DNA from: Takakia lepidozioides
Lineage: Eukaryota; Plantae; Bryophyta
Length of the DNA: 64,000 nt
Direction of reading: 5' to 3'
Assembly: GCA_030704615.1 (NCBI GenBank)
Contig: CM060732.1
Location: 31,372,001-31,436,000 of the forward strand
The notes under the pieces were generated by a model. It ran no database searches, was not told where the DNA came from, and saw nothing but the letters and a program-made list of their open reading frames with translations. Below are positions 51,775 through 64,000 of the stretch, piece after piece. Within the stretch, counting starts at the first letter, position 1. Each line of letters opens with the position of its first letter. The position numbers were made by a program, and so were the translations under genes.

Positions 51775-52296
51775 AGCCCTGCCGTCACCGTCTGCGACCC
51801 CCACGCGTCGCAAACTGCGACGCGTTTTTTTGGGTTTATGAGGCCGGGGATCGCAAACGGCGACGGCCAGCCGTCGCAAACTGTGACATGTTTTTTTGTT
51901 TTGTAAGAATAGGGCAGCCGGGCAGTTTGCAACGCCCGGCCGTCGCAGGGGCCTTTTGCCCTTCATGCCACCATGCGACGGCCGGGCGTCGCATGAAAGG
52001 GCTGCAATGAAAGGGAAGGCAAGAAATGGTTTTTTTTTTTTTTTTTTTTTTTTTCGGCGTGCGACGACCGGCCGTCGCCAGAAAGGGCTGCCTTCTGCCC
52101 TTTGCTAGGGGCGACGTGTGGGCGTCGCATGGAAGGGCTGCCATTCTCCCTTCATCACTCCGTGTGACGGCCAGGCGTCACCGCCTGGCCCTGGCGCCAG
52201 GTTTCACTCCTGCGGGGTTTGTCTGCAACGGCCCGGCGTCGCAAACACGCTCCGCGGGGTTGACGTCGCAAACCCCCCCCCCCATTTGCTGTAGTG
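51775..52296. repeat. CACTA right subterminal repeats and TIR
   Basis: CGTCGCA/TGCGACG array ending in CTGTAGTG. Confidence 0.88.
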
Positions 52297-52299
52297 ACA

Positions 52300-53990
52300 A
52301 GATCTGTTGTACCTACAAGACTTGAGGACACCGTTTCCCTCTCAGGCAATTCCACAACCCGCCAATGTTGCTCATGTTGGCTCCCTAACTAGAAAATGTG
52401 GCTTACTTACAATGCCAACAGATGCACAGATTAGTTCAACGCATGCGACCCGTGAGGCTGCCAATACAGGTCTTGCAAGTGTGAACAAGCCTACAGACAT
52501 AGTCGTGTTGCGAAGCAGGACCGCATCACTTCGTCAGTCTGCTGAATCGAACCCGGTCACGGTAGTCGCCGAATCCCTGGGCACAAGTAGAGCAAAGAAG
52601 TGGACTGTCGTGGAGCAGACTCAGGAAATTCGGGAGGGTCCTGTTGCCAAGAAACCTGCGAAGAAAGGAAAGTCCGCTGTCTTTATGAACAAGGACTGCA
52701 AAATGGCATTGGATACGGACAAGGAAGTGGTTCTTCAGCGACAAATGCACCAGTGAGTAGTCCTCCCAGTCTGCTGAGTCTGGTCACTCCAGTCTACTCA
52801 GAAGTGTGAGTCTGCTCAGTCCGCTTGGTCTGGTGGGTCTGGCGAGTCCGCTCGGTATGGGCAGTCTGTTGAATGGAGTCAGTCCGCTCAGACTGTTGCG
52901 TACATGGGTTTTCACACAAGGCCGTGGTCTGTGTGCAGGTTGGGTTCTCGTTTTGCCGCGGCCCTGCGACAGAATGTCGCAGCCGGCAATTGCATGGTTC
53001 ACTTTCATGAAGGTGACCCCCAGTATGAGTGCTCCATCGGGCCTCCGGACCTGAAGCCACTTGAGACGGTGGAGTCGGAGTGCACAGATAGAATGCTGGA
53101 GCTGTGGTGTCGTTTCTATGAGAAGACGGTTGAGGAGAAGTACTCAAGTACTGTTGCTCTTCTGCCACCCTCAACGTGGTCTTGTATGATGACACATTGG
53201 GATGGGCCACAGGACAGGCTAGTGGAGTATCTGCATTCTTGCTGGAGCGTCCCTCGGAACGGCAAAGACATAAAAGACTGCCATTGTATAATCGTTCCGA
53301 TTGTGGAGGAGTAAGATCTCGCATACCTAGTCTGATCTGTCGGGCCAGTCTTTTGAATGATGTCACTACGTTCACACCTACCTCTCGCTGATTGAGTCCG
53401 TTCAGTCTGCTTAGTCTGGCAAATCTGCCCAGTCTTTTGAATGAGGACAGTCTGCTCGGTCTGCCCTCTCAGCCCTGAGTCTGCTCAATCTGCCGAGTCT
53501 GCCCATTATGCTGAGTCTGTTCATTATGCCGAGTCTGCTGAGTGATGAGTCTTGTGAGTCTGCTGAGTCGTGACTCTGCCGAGTCGGCTGAGTGTAGTGG
53601 GACCAGGACCTAGCCTACTTGCGAGTCTGTAGAGTCTGTTGGAGAGGCAATTGGAGTGGTCTGTTGAGAGGACTGCTGCCGTGAGACTCATGAGATTCGT
53701 CTTGCAGGGCGCACTGGAGTGTTGTTGTCATCGACGTGCAGAAAGGCTGCTACACTCACATGAACTCCATCGAGTCTTTGCATGGTTGCCCATATGTTTT
53801 GTCATGGATACGGAAGCTGCATGCGGAGTGTTTAGGCTACACTGTTGATTCACCGGGTTGGGAGGAGGTTAGGGCATTTCAGTTCAACCAGCCTGAAGTG
53901 CCCCAACAGCCATTCAGCTGGGAATGCGGGTTTTCGTCATGTCCTTCATCTAAGGATATTATGAATGGTTACAAACTGGGCATACTCAAA
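52300..53990 (+). pseudogene. Ulp1-like SUMO peptidase (C48) 3' exons of the MULE accessory gene
   Basis: Exon 52939-53310 ends CIIVPIVEE and splices in phase to 53708: AHWSVVVID...VPQQPFSWECG, giving the H-D-Q-C catalytic residues. Frameshift just after the Cys. Confidence 0.8.
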
Positions 53991-55270
53991 CCTCTTCTAA
54001 AAGGGCAGAGAGAGGAGTACCTTTCACGAAACACTGGTTTACGTTCAAGTTTGCACTTGGCCAACGGATGCAGTGTCTTAAGTACATCTTGACTGGTTTG
54101 ACCGCTGCTGAGAAAGTAGTATCCTCATAGATATCCATCTGGGCCCGAGATTAGAGGTGCACCATAGGACGCATTTGTCATGTAAGCATGCTTTTGAGCA
54201 TTTGCAACGAAATACAATATGACTTTGCATACACATCCTATTGGTCGCATATGAGTGCAGTCCTCTGGAGTCCACTGGTCAGCAAACAACCGAGAGTCAG
54301 CACACTGCCAGAGTATGGGAAGAGGGTATGCCTAGGCTTGTGAGCAGACATAGGGCAATGTCACCAGACTGACGAGAGTCCGACAGACTGAGGAGTTGGG
54401 ACCAGTCCGGCACACTGGCAGATGCGATTGGGAACCATGAGTCTGCACTGGTGAGCAGACTGTTGAGAGTCACCGGAGTGGTAGAGTACAGGCGGATGGC
54501 ATTGGCTAGTAGACTGCCAAGTCTGGTCAGCAGAGTAATGAGAGTCCACCGTGCTGAGAATGGCCAGTCTGATGGGCAGACCGCATGAAGCTCACTGGTC
54601 AGCCAGGTGCAGGCACGTCCAAAACCAGGAGACTGGTCTGCTCAGGAGAAGGCTCACACATCAGACTGTTCGAAGACTGAGTCCCAGCCTGGTACAACAG
54701 ACTGGTTCAGACACCATAAGACTGGTTGAGCAGACTGGTTCAGATGCCAGAAGACTGGTTTACCAGGCTGGTTGGCAGACAGGTTGGAAGTCTGGTGCAC
54801 ATGCAATCGTACCGCCGAAAATTTATTTCATGGGGAGAATGATACTATACCATTTCCTACATTTCCTACTCTACTTTACAACTGGTATACGGTCTGCGAC
54901 TCTCCGGATTGTGGAGTATATGTGTGCTGCAGGTGTTGGGCACCAACCCTCTTCCCTATTTTGCATAAGACCTTGGGTCGCGTTTTCCATGCCTCAGCGA
55001 AATCCCGTTTCCTTTTCAGCGACATATTGATGGAAGCTCTTTGCTGCCGCAGGGTGCAACATTCCTACAGCACTCTTGGCGAGAATATCAACAAGCTGCC
55101 CCCTACAAATACGAAGAGAAGACAATACATGTTTTTGTAGGTATTTGTCGTCCCCAACAATGCGAAGTATGTCTGCAAATTCTTCATCCATGGAGGATGG
55201 TACGAGGACAGGCTTCGCATCATAGGGGAAGTCATCTGTGGAAGGGCCCTCTGTTGCATTTCCCAAACCC

Positions 55271-58200
55271 GGGCAGGGACACATGAGGGGCTGCCCCTGT
55301 GGTGGGGGCAGCGGCGGCGATAGGTATGGGGGGCTGAAGCACCCTTGAGTGCCCAAGGCACTCAAGGAGGCGGAGGCGCTCACTAGGTGGAGCCCCGCAC
55401 ACCGGGTTGCGGTGGAGGTGGCTCCACAAGGGGTGGTGGTAGCTTAGTGGGACTTAGTGGGGGTGGCATAGGACTCACCATGGGGTGGAGACCTCGAGGT
55501 GGGAGTCGTGGGGAGTCTTGGGACTCATCACGGTCCATTGGGGCCGCGGTGAGTGGCCAAGACTCACCGCGACTCACCACCGGGAGTCGAGGGTTTTCGT
55601 GGTGGTTCGCCATAAAATGGCATGGCTGGTTATGAAACCCCCGCGGACAGCTACAGAAGTATATATAGGGAGTAGTAACCCCGAGAACGGTGCAAGCCCG
55701 TTGGTGACCAAAAACTAGTGAGTAAGCGAGCGAGCCGGAAAGCGACCAAAGAGTGGGGAGCTGTTCCGGACTGCCATCTACCAAAGGGAATTCTCCTAGT
55801 CCCAAATAGGTGGAGGGTTTAGAGGGAAGCGGAAGGGGACCGTTATGTCCCGGTGAGCAGCCGAAACTCCAAGTTGGCCCGGCGGCCAGGTTGGGAGTCA
55901 GGCGCGCGCATCAAAGCGAGTAACTATGACTTGAAGGGGAGTTTACCGAATCGAGGTGTGCGACACTTGGTATCAGAGCTTAGAGTTCAGTACGCGATCG
56001 TCCTTGGGATTGGCCTCATCATGGGGTCGGGCAAGCCGAAGCGAAAGCGGAACGGCCCAAAAGATGATGACCCGGTGAGCCCGATGGGGGCGACGTGTCA
56101 CCGAGGCGGCCGTTTGAGGAAGCGATTAATGTTTCCGAAAACGAGGCCGCTCAGGAGCGGGAGGAATCCGAGGAGTCGGAGCCCGAGGAATCTTTGAGAG
56201 CTCCGACAAACCAAGAGATGCCTCCCATGCCGGCAGCCTTTTGGGAAGGGTTGTTGGCGCAGTTTGGCGGGACGTTGAAAGACGTGTTGAAGGCGGCTAA
56301 TGCCACTTCCACCAAGGCAAAGTTTAAGGTGAAGCCTAAGGAACCCGGCACCTTCGAGGGCGTTCGAAACCGGAAGGCACTCAACACCTGGCTCCTGGAG
56401 CTAGAGCAGTACTTCCGGGCGGCCAAGTTGAGTGACGAGGATCGGGTGGAAGTGGCTCCCACCTATTTGAGGGGCTATGCTCAACAATGGTGGCAGAAAC
56501 GCCTTCACGACCGAGGCCCAAGCCCGGAAACCTTGAACTGGAGTGAGTTCAAGGAATTGATGAAGAGACAGTTTGTGCCCCTCAACGCATCCTGGCTTGC
56601 CCGGGACAAGATGAGGAATTTGAAGCAAACAGATGACATTCGGGGGTATGTCCAGGCTTTCAATGTGCTGTTGCTCGAAGTCGCGGACATGGCAGAACCA
56701 GAAATGGTCTTCAACTTTGTGGCGGGACTGGCCCCATGGGCTAGGCGGAAGTTGGAGGAGAAGCCACCCAAGACTTTGAACGAGGCAATTGAGAGAGCTG
56801 AATGTTTCTCGGATGTCCCTAGGGGTGAGAGACAAGGCCGTACGGAGCTGAACCACAAGAAGACCCGGCGGGAAGGTGACTCCTCCCGACCGGAAAAGAA
56901 GTGGGATAGGCCACGCGGCGAAAATGGCACGTGGAAATCGAAGGGAGGTCCCTCACACGTCAAGGCGGCACCCGGTGCTTCGAAAGGAAAAGCGGGTGGA
57001 GCGACTTATGGCGGACAGAAGGCGACCTTTGATGGAGTGTGTTTCAATTGCGGGGAGCCCGGGCACATGGCCAAGAAGTGCACGAAGCCCCGGCAATTGA
57101 ACATGACTCGGGCGACCACGGAGCTGTCGGAAGATACCATCAGTCGCTTGGTGGAAGCGGTGGTCGCCAGGACTTGCAAGGTAGGCAAATTTTCTTGTGA
57201 GTTGTATCAGGAAACTGGCGCCTTACGAAAAGGGAGTCAGTTATTGTTCGTGGATGGGATAATATCCGGAACTAATGTGTCGTTGTTGGTGGACACAGGA
57301 GCGTCGCACTCCTTCATGACGCCGGCGGCGGCGCGAAAGTTGGGACTCCCGACAAGTGACGTGGGGGCCTCTATTGAGGTGCGCTCTGCCAAAGGAGAAC
57401 CTCAGTTGGCGACAAGGTTGGCGTTTGATGTTCCTCTTCAACTGGGGAGTTGGGAGGGACGTGAGAACTTCACTATCTGCGAGATCGATGGAGTGGATCT
57501 CATTTTGGGAATGACCTTTTTGAGCAAATCCGGAGCGGTCATAGATGGCCGCAAGAGAGTAGTCACGCTGCCATGTGGGAATGGTGGCGAGGTTTTACGA
57601 GTGTCGGAAACGCCCAAATCCGTGGGAGGGCGAATAAACCTTCTATCAGCAAAGGAGTGGGCCGTGGAGGAGACACACGAGTCCCAGTTTTTGCTTTACA
57701 TTAGAGAAGTGAAAGGAGAAGGCGATGGGGAGCCGAGCCCAGATTGGATCAAGGGGATTTTGGAGAAATACCAGGATGTGATGCCGGAGGATTTACCAAG
57801 CGGCTTGCCACCGCGAAGAGGAGTTGACCACAAAATTGAGGTGATACCGGGATCGGAACCGCCTGCCAAGGCGCCCTACCGGTTGAGCCACAAAGAGTTG
57901 GTCGAGCTGAAGACTCAGCTCAAAGATCTAATGTCAAAGGGGTACATCCGGCCGAGTAAGTCACCTTACGGAGCCCCGGTGCTATTTGCAGACAAGAAGG
58001 ATGGGACGCTGCGGATGTGTGTCGATTACAGGGCTCTGAATAAGGTGACTATCAAAAACCGGTACCCTTTGCCAAGGATCGACGACCTCTTCGATCGGTT
58101 GGCAGGAGCGAAGTATTTCAGCCGGATCGACTTGCGCTCCGGCTATCACCAAATTCGGGTGGCGGAAGGAGATGAGGAGAAGACCGCGTGCAGGACAAGG

Positions 58201-61200
58201 TATGGTTCATATGAGTTCTTGGTGATGCCTTTTGGGCTCACCAATGCACCAGCGACATTTAGCACGCTGATGAACAGCCTTTTCCAGGAGTGGTTGGATG
58301 ACTTTGTGATCGTGTACATCGACGACATCTTGGTGTACTCGAAAACAAAGGAGGAGCACCTGGAGCACCTCAAAAGGGTGTTCCAAAAATTGCGAGAAGG
58401 GAAGCTGTATGCCAAAGCTTCAAAGTGCGAATTCGGGGTCACAAAAGTGGAGTTCTTGGGGCACGTGATTACACAGGATGGGATCAAAATGGATGACAGA
58501 AAGGTGAGGGCGATCTTGGACTGGGAGCCTCCGACTTCGGTCCCGGGAGTGCGATCCTTCCTAGGACTCGCCTCCTATTACCGGAAGTATGTGAGAAATT
58601 TCGCCAAGATCGCGGGGCCGCTGTCGGACCTTCTGTGTAAATCCAAAGTCTGGGTATGGAACACATTTTGTGGCCAAGCTTTTGCTGAATTGAAGCAGCG
58701 GATGACGGAAGCTCCAGTCTTAAAAATCCCGGAGTTCGATCGTCCGTTTGAGATTCATACAGATGCATCGGACTTCGCAATTGGGGGTGTACTTATGCAA
58801 GATGGACGTCCAGTGGCTTACGAAAGTAAGAAACTGAATGAAGTGGAGCGACGGTGGCCGACGCACGAAAAGAGATGAAGGCGGTGGTACATTGCCTTGA
58901 ACTCTGGCGCCACTATGTTGGTTCCAACCCAGTGAAGGTGTTCACGGACAATGTCACGGTGAAGTATTTTGCCACGCAGCCCAAGTTGTCCCCAAAACAA
59001 CTTAGGTGGCAAGATACTTTGGCAGTGTTCGACGTGGATATCCAGTACAAACCGGGACGGGACAATGTGGTGGCCGATGCTTTAAGTAGAAAGCAGCAGC
59101 TCTTGTTGGTGTACAAGGGCGAGACGGCGCTCCAAAGGAAGATCCGGAAGGCTTGCCGGAAGGATGAGCTGGCAAAGTGCGTGATGCAGAACTTGAGAAT
59201 GGGGGTTAAATCGCAGTTCCACTTGCAAAACGGACTGCTCCGGTATAAGCAAAAACGTCTCTATGTGCCAAAGGGAGGGATCAGGGATAGTCTCTTGAGA
59301 GAATGCCATGATAGCCCGCTTGCGGGCCACGGTGGAGCCAAGCGCACTGCGGCACTCTTGAAGAAAGAGTATTTCTGGCCCAAACTGAGGGAGGAGGCAG
59401 AGGAGTATGTAAAGACATGCACCACATGCCAACAAAACCGGAGCGAGTATAAAAAGCAAGCGGGGCTGTTACAACCCTTGCCGATTCCAGAGGGGACTTG
59501 GGAAAGCGTCTCGATGGATTTCATGACTGCTATGCCGCTGTCAAAAGGATTCGATGCAATCATGGTGGTGGTAGATAGGTTCAGTAAAATGGCCCATTTC
59601 ATCCCCACCAAGGAGACGGCAATGCGCAGGAGACAGGGCGACTTTACTTCGCCCACGTCTTAAAGCATCATGGAGTCCCGAAGGATATTGTCTCGGACCG
59701 CGACCCAAAGTTTACGAGTAAATTCTGGAGAGCACTTTGGAAGAAGATGGGGACGAGGCTGAAGATGAGCACCGCCTTCCGACCTACGACGGACGGCCAA
59801 ACGGAAAGAGTGAATTCCGTAGTGAAGCAATTCTTGCGGAATTACGTGTCGGCAGACCAATCAGACTGGATGGAACACTTAGACGCGGCAGAGTTCTGTT
59901 ATAATAACACAGAACACTCCGCGACGGGAGTTTCCCCTTTTGTGTTGGTCTATGGAAAAGCACCTCTGGTGCCGACAAGTTGGGCCGCCCAGGACGTTGA
60001 GGAACCGGCAGTAGCGGCGGTACTGGAAGAACGCGAGCGTTTGTTGAAGCTCGCAAAGTACAACATTGCCAAAGCTAGGAAACGGTATGAAAGGCAGGCG
60101 AATCGGAAGCGGAGGGAAGTGAAGTTTGAGGCAGGCACAGAGGTCTGGTTGAACATCAAGAATTTTCGACTACCTCCGGAAATGAGTCCGAAGTTCGTAC
60201 CTCCGTATGCGGGTCCCTTTCGCATTCGGAGGGTTATGAATGAGGATGTGTATGAATTGGAGCTGCCAGCAAACAGCAAGGTGCACCCAGTATTCCATGT
60301 CTCCCTTTTGAAGCCTTACTTCAAAGATGAAGCACGTCCGAATCGGCAGCAAGTGTTGCGTCCGCCACCTATGCTGTTGGATCATGAAAATGAACCCGAG
60401 TACGAGGTGGAGGCAATACTTAAGTCGAGGAGGTTCAAGAACCGAGAAACGGAGTATCTCGTCAAATGGAAGGGCTATCATCTTGTGGAGGCATCTTGGG
60501 TGCGTGCCTCAGAAATGGGAAACGCATCCGAGGCAGTTGCAGCGTTCGAAGGGCGACCTCAAAAGCGGAAGAAGCGTTGATGGGGACATCAACCTTGGAG
60601 CGTGGGGGAGGAAATGCATGCTTAGCCCGGTTTAGCTAGCTCAGGAATCCGATTGCAAAAACTTGTATTGTACAAAAATTTGTGATAAAGGAAATGGGTT
60701 CCAAATATTGTGCGTCCTATTGTGTTTGGAATGGTGATGCATGGTGTGGTTGGCTGGTGTGTAGAATGCATGCTAGCTTACAAAAGTGGGAGAGGTAAAT
60801 TGGGTTAATCGTGTGTTTGCGCAGTGCCGAAATCGGGTGACTCCCATCCAAGGGGCAAGGAAACTTGCGCCTTATTTGGGAGTTCAAGTGCTAGTGCGCA
60901 CCTGGCGCGTGCGCGTACTATAACTGCGCTACCGAGGGGGTTGCCTTGTAGTGCGGGCTAACGCGGAAGCTACGTGCTTCCGTTCACGTACTATAATCGT
61001 GTAGCCTCGGGACGAAGTCGTAGTGCGGCTTCGGCGTGTTCCCGTACCTCAGGCCAGCATTCCAAGGCGGACCCAATTGTAGTGATTGGGGCGCACGGTT
61101 GGTTCAAGGTTATCTTCCTAGTCAAAGAGGGTTTCAGGTGAACCCTTGCTCAAGGTGATGCCAAAAGCGGCATCATGAGCGATCGCAAGCAATGTTGTTG

Positions 61201-62209
61201 CAGTAAGGCGATTCGATCCTCGGGGAGGATCGTTCCTTGGCCTTGAAGTAGGCCAAGAAGAGTGCACTGGGAGGAGCTGGAGAGGCTCCACCCTTGGCCG
61301 GGACTTGGAGGAAGTCGGCCGAACTAGCTAGTGGAGAGTGGAGTCAAGTGTGGGGTTTGGTTCTTTGCCATGGGACGCCATGGTACGGAAACAAACTCCT
61401 TGATGTGGGACGCCACAACTTGGATGTTCGTTTCTACAAAATGGACAAGTCGATGAGGACATCGACTCCCTGTTGGTAGGGGTGTGTGTCGCGGCCCTTT
61501 GCCTTGAGGGCAGGGGGTCGGGACACATGAGGGGCTGCCCCTGTGGTGGGGGCAGCGGCGCGATAGGTATGGGGGGCTGAAGCACCCTTGAGTGCCCAAG
61601 GCACTCAAGGAGGCGGAGGCGCTCACTAGGTGGAGCCCCGCACACCGGGTTGCGGTGGAGGTGGCTCCACAAGGGGTGGTGGTAGCTTAGTGGGACTTAG
61701 TGGGGGTGGCATAGGACTCACCATGGGGTGGAGACCTCGAGGTGGGAGTCGTGGGGAGTCTTGGGACTCATCACGGTCCATTGGGGCCGCGGTGAGTGGG
61801 CCAAGACTCACCGCGACTCACCACCGGGAGTCGAGGGTTTTCGTGGTGGTTCGCCATAAAATGGCATGGCTGGTTATGAAACCCCCGCGGACAGCTACAG
61901 AAGTATATATAGGGAGTAGTAACCCCGAGAACGGTGCAAGCCCGTTGGTGACCAAAAACTAGTGAGTAAGCGAGCGAGCCGGAAAGCGACCAAAGAGTGG
62001 GGAGCTGTTCCGGACTGCCATCTACCAAAGGGAATTCTCCTAGTCCCAAATAGGTGGAGGGTTTAGAGGGAAGCGGAAGGGGACCGTTATGTCCCGGTGA
62101 GCAGCCGAAACTCCAAGTTGGCCCGGCGGCCAGGTTGGGAGTCAGGCGCGCGCATCAAAGCGAGTAACTATGACTTGAAGGGGAGTTTACCGAATCGAGG
62201 TGTGCGACA
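55271..62209 (+). mobile_element. Ty3/gypsy chromovirus, copy 2 (near-intact), 5' LTR truncated
   Basis: LTRs 55271-55965 and 61487-62209; PBS TGGTATCAGAGC at 55968; same family as copy 1. Confidence 0.97.
56021..60580 (+). CDS. gag-pol polyprotein with C-terminal chromodomain (about 3 small frameshifts)
   Basis: 927-aa open frame from gag through RT/RNase H; integrase core and GPF/chromodomain in the next frames. Shifts near 56070, 58870 and 59625. Confidence 0.9.
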
Positions 62210-63289
62210 AGGATGGTACGAGGACAGGCTTCGCATCATAGGGGAAGTCATCTGTGGAAGGGCCCTCTGTTGCATTTCCCAAACCCTCTTCGTCGCCCAC
62301 ACTTGCATGAACCCTAAACACATTATGCAATCCTCCATGAATGGTTCCCAGCGCCGTGCCACAAGCGCGCACTATGAGTCCATCCTGCAAGTGTGGATGA
62401 AGCAACTTCAGGACTCGGACTTGATGCTTGCACAAATTGCCCTTCATTGCCCATGGGCAAGTGCAAGAAGCCCATTCGCATCCGGGGTTGTAAACAATGT
62501 AAATTGTGTTCGGGTGATTGGTGCTTAGAACATAGGCTGGTTGCCCAGGATGGAACGAAAGAGTGACATTGCAAGCTGGGATATCGCGTGCCGCAAGCAC
62601 AGAACTGGACATGTACTTCTCCTGTTTGTCATTCTTTATGAATCCGTGCGTCTTCAGGTGAATTGCATACCAGTAGTGTGTTAGCACACGGCCTGTGAGT
62701 TCCCATATGAGCCAATCCACTCTACGCCCAGTCATTTTGCCTTTCCCCATCCTCAGTCTTGCCTTCAAGTTTCCATGGTATGCCTCAATGCTAGCATTGG
62801 TGTCTTGACTGGCATGCGGAACATGACGAGCTGCTGTACACCACATTGCTATTTTAGGACGCCATTCCTTATCGATGTAGTCTAGAAATTCATGCCCATT
62901 CGGATATTTCTTTCTCATGCGTCGGAGCGTTGTTGCTACCCATGCAAGACCTTCTTTGGGATTGATTGGTCCACCTCTACAGTACATGAGCCTCCTATAT
63001 CTTTCAGCAAGTTTGCGGCAGTGATAGGATCTTTGGTTTTCGCACATGATTGCTTCACCCAAGCCCGCCGGACATGCCAAAAGCAAAGGAAAATGAGCAC
63101 TCCTCGAAAAACAGCCGTGCAAAGTACACATGCCCACATGAGAGACTTCAAAGAGGACTTTGCCGGTGGACTTGGGCACTAACCCAATAGATTGTCTAGT
63201 AGTTGACTGGTCTGCCCGTATGTTCCAAATGGATTCAGGCAGCAGACTCGCCCACTCTAACCTGCCATGAGTGTTGCCCTCACGACACC

Positions 63290-63914
63290 GGACTCGCTTG
63301 CGAGCGGACTTGCTCGACCAGACTGAGGTCGCAGCAGACTCGCGCACGTGTGTCTTGCAGTGGACTGGTTGTGAACAGTCCCCTCCGGTGGACTCGTTTG
63401 CGAGCGGACTTGCTCGACCAGACTGAGGTCGCAGCAGACTCGGGCACGTGTGTCTTGCAACGGACTGCTTGCGAACAGTCCCCTCCGGCGGATTCGCCTG
63501 CGAGCGGACTTGCTCCACCAGACTGAGGTCGTAGCAAACTCGTGCACGTGTGTCTTGCAGCGGACTGCTTGCGAACAGTCCCCTCTGGCGGACTTGCCTG
63601 CGAGCGGACTTGCTCGACCAGACTGAGGTCGCAACAGACTGGCGCACGTGTGTCTTGCAGCGGACTGCTTGCGAACAGTCCCCTCCGGCGGACCCGCCTG
63701 CCAGTGGACTTGCTCGACCAGACTGAGGTCGCAACAGATTCGTGCACGTGTGTCTTGCAGCAGACTGCTTGCGAACAGTCTCCTCCGGCGGACTTGCCTG
63801 CCAGCGGACTTGCTTGACCAGACTGAGGTCGTAGCAGACTGGCGCACGTGAGTCTTGCAGCGGACTGCTTGCGAACAGTCCCCTCCGGCGGACTGGCCTG
63901 CCAGCGGACTTGCC
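63290..63914. repeat. Tandem array with an exact 100-bp period, ~6 units, inside a putative transposase intron
   Basis: C(G/C)AG(C/T)GGACTTGC starts at 63301, 63401, 63501, 63601, 63701, 63801 and 63901. A minus-strand GT donor (CTTACC on +) lies at ~63935-63940. Confidence 0.95.
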
Positions 63915-64000
63915 CTTAGGAGACCGGCAGCAGACTTACCCAGATGTTGCTGGCAACACACCCGAGCAGACTGACCTTGCAGCATACTTGCGCAAGTGAG

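Larger units (their letters stand above)
26199..52296. mobile_element. CACTA (En/Spm) DNA transposon, 26.1 kb including nested retroelements
   Basis: Left TIR CACTACAGGAAAAGGGGG; right end CCCCCATTTGCTGTAGTG. 3-bp TSD ACA at 26196-26198 and 52297-52299. Dense GCGACG/CGTCGC subterminal repeats; internal transposase. Confidence 0.95.
54830..63990 (-). pseudogene. MULE transposase with SWIM finger, interrupted by Ty3 copy 2; 5' part beyond the window
   Basis: LCFWHVRRAW (~63060-63090), FLDYIDKEW, QDTNASIEAYHGNLK, RRVDWLI, SWIM CTCPWAMKGNLCKH. The frame continues left of 55270 (VPSSMDEEFADILRI). Frameshift near 62995. Confidence 0.88.
19643..64000. mobile_element. Large Mutator-like (MULE) element with Ulp1-peptidase gene (+) and SWIM-type transposase (-); right end outside the window; hosts the nested insertions
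   Basis: Abrupt AT-to-GC transition at GGGACGTTATGG (19643). The same AGTCTG/CAGACT-rich sequence style appears on both sides of the CACTA TSD. Ulp1 and MULE transposase motifs are present (below). Left boundary is inferred; the partner TIR is not visible. Confidence 0.65.

Noticed and set aside
51740-51780. CCCTAACCCTAAACC telomere-like stretch
   Set aside because: Only about two degenerate units, inside the CACTA and far from the PLE junctions.
63290-63914. CRISPR-like array
   Set aside because: Whole units are repeated with no unique spacers, in a eukaryotic context with no cas genes.
63257-63985. Long ORFs (242 aa, and the N-terminal part of the 515-aa ORF)
   Set aside because: Artefacts of the stop-poor 100-bp tandem array; only the part left of ~63120 has transposase motifs.

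Overview
Eukaryotic, intron-rich land-plant DNA that looks bryophyte/non-seed-plant-like (inference only). 1-7.9 kb is AT-rich, with decayed coding remnants (including a RING-H2 pseudogene), a 0.9-kb inverted repeat and a direct duplication. 8-19 kb holds two apparently intact 8-exon host genes on +: a TITAN9/Csm1(monopolin)-like coiled-coil protein and a patatin-like phospholipase. 19.6-64 kb is one nested transposon complex. A Ulp1-carrying Mutator-like element is split by a 26-kb CACTA element (TIRs plus ACA TSD). The CACTA is split by an unusual Penelope-like retroelement: Naiad/Chlamys-type RT, no visible GIY-YIG endonuclease, a separate upstream ORF, ~1.4-kb direct repeats. That element is split by a Ty3 chromovirus. 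A second copy of the chromovirus sits in the Mutator transposase, flanked by a 77-bp duplication. The two most notable observations are (1) the two-ORF, apparently endonuclease-less PLE and (2) a CACTA-borne SET-domain gene broken by a 429-bp inversion whose reversal restores the frame at both junctions. All protein assignments are by eye from motifs; no database searches were run.
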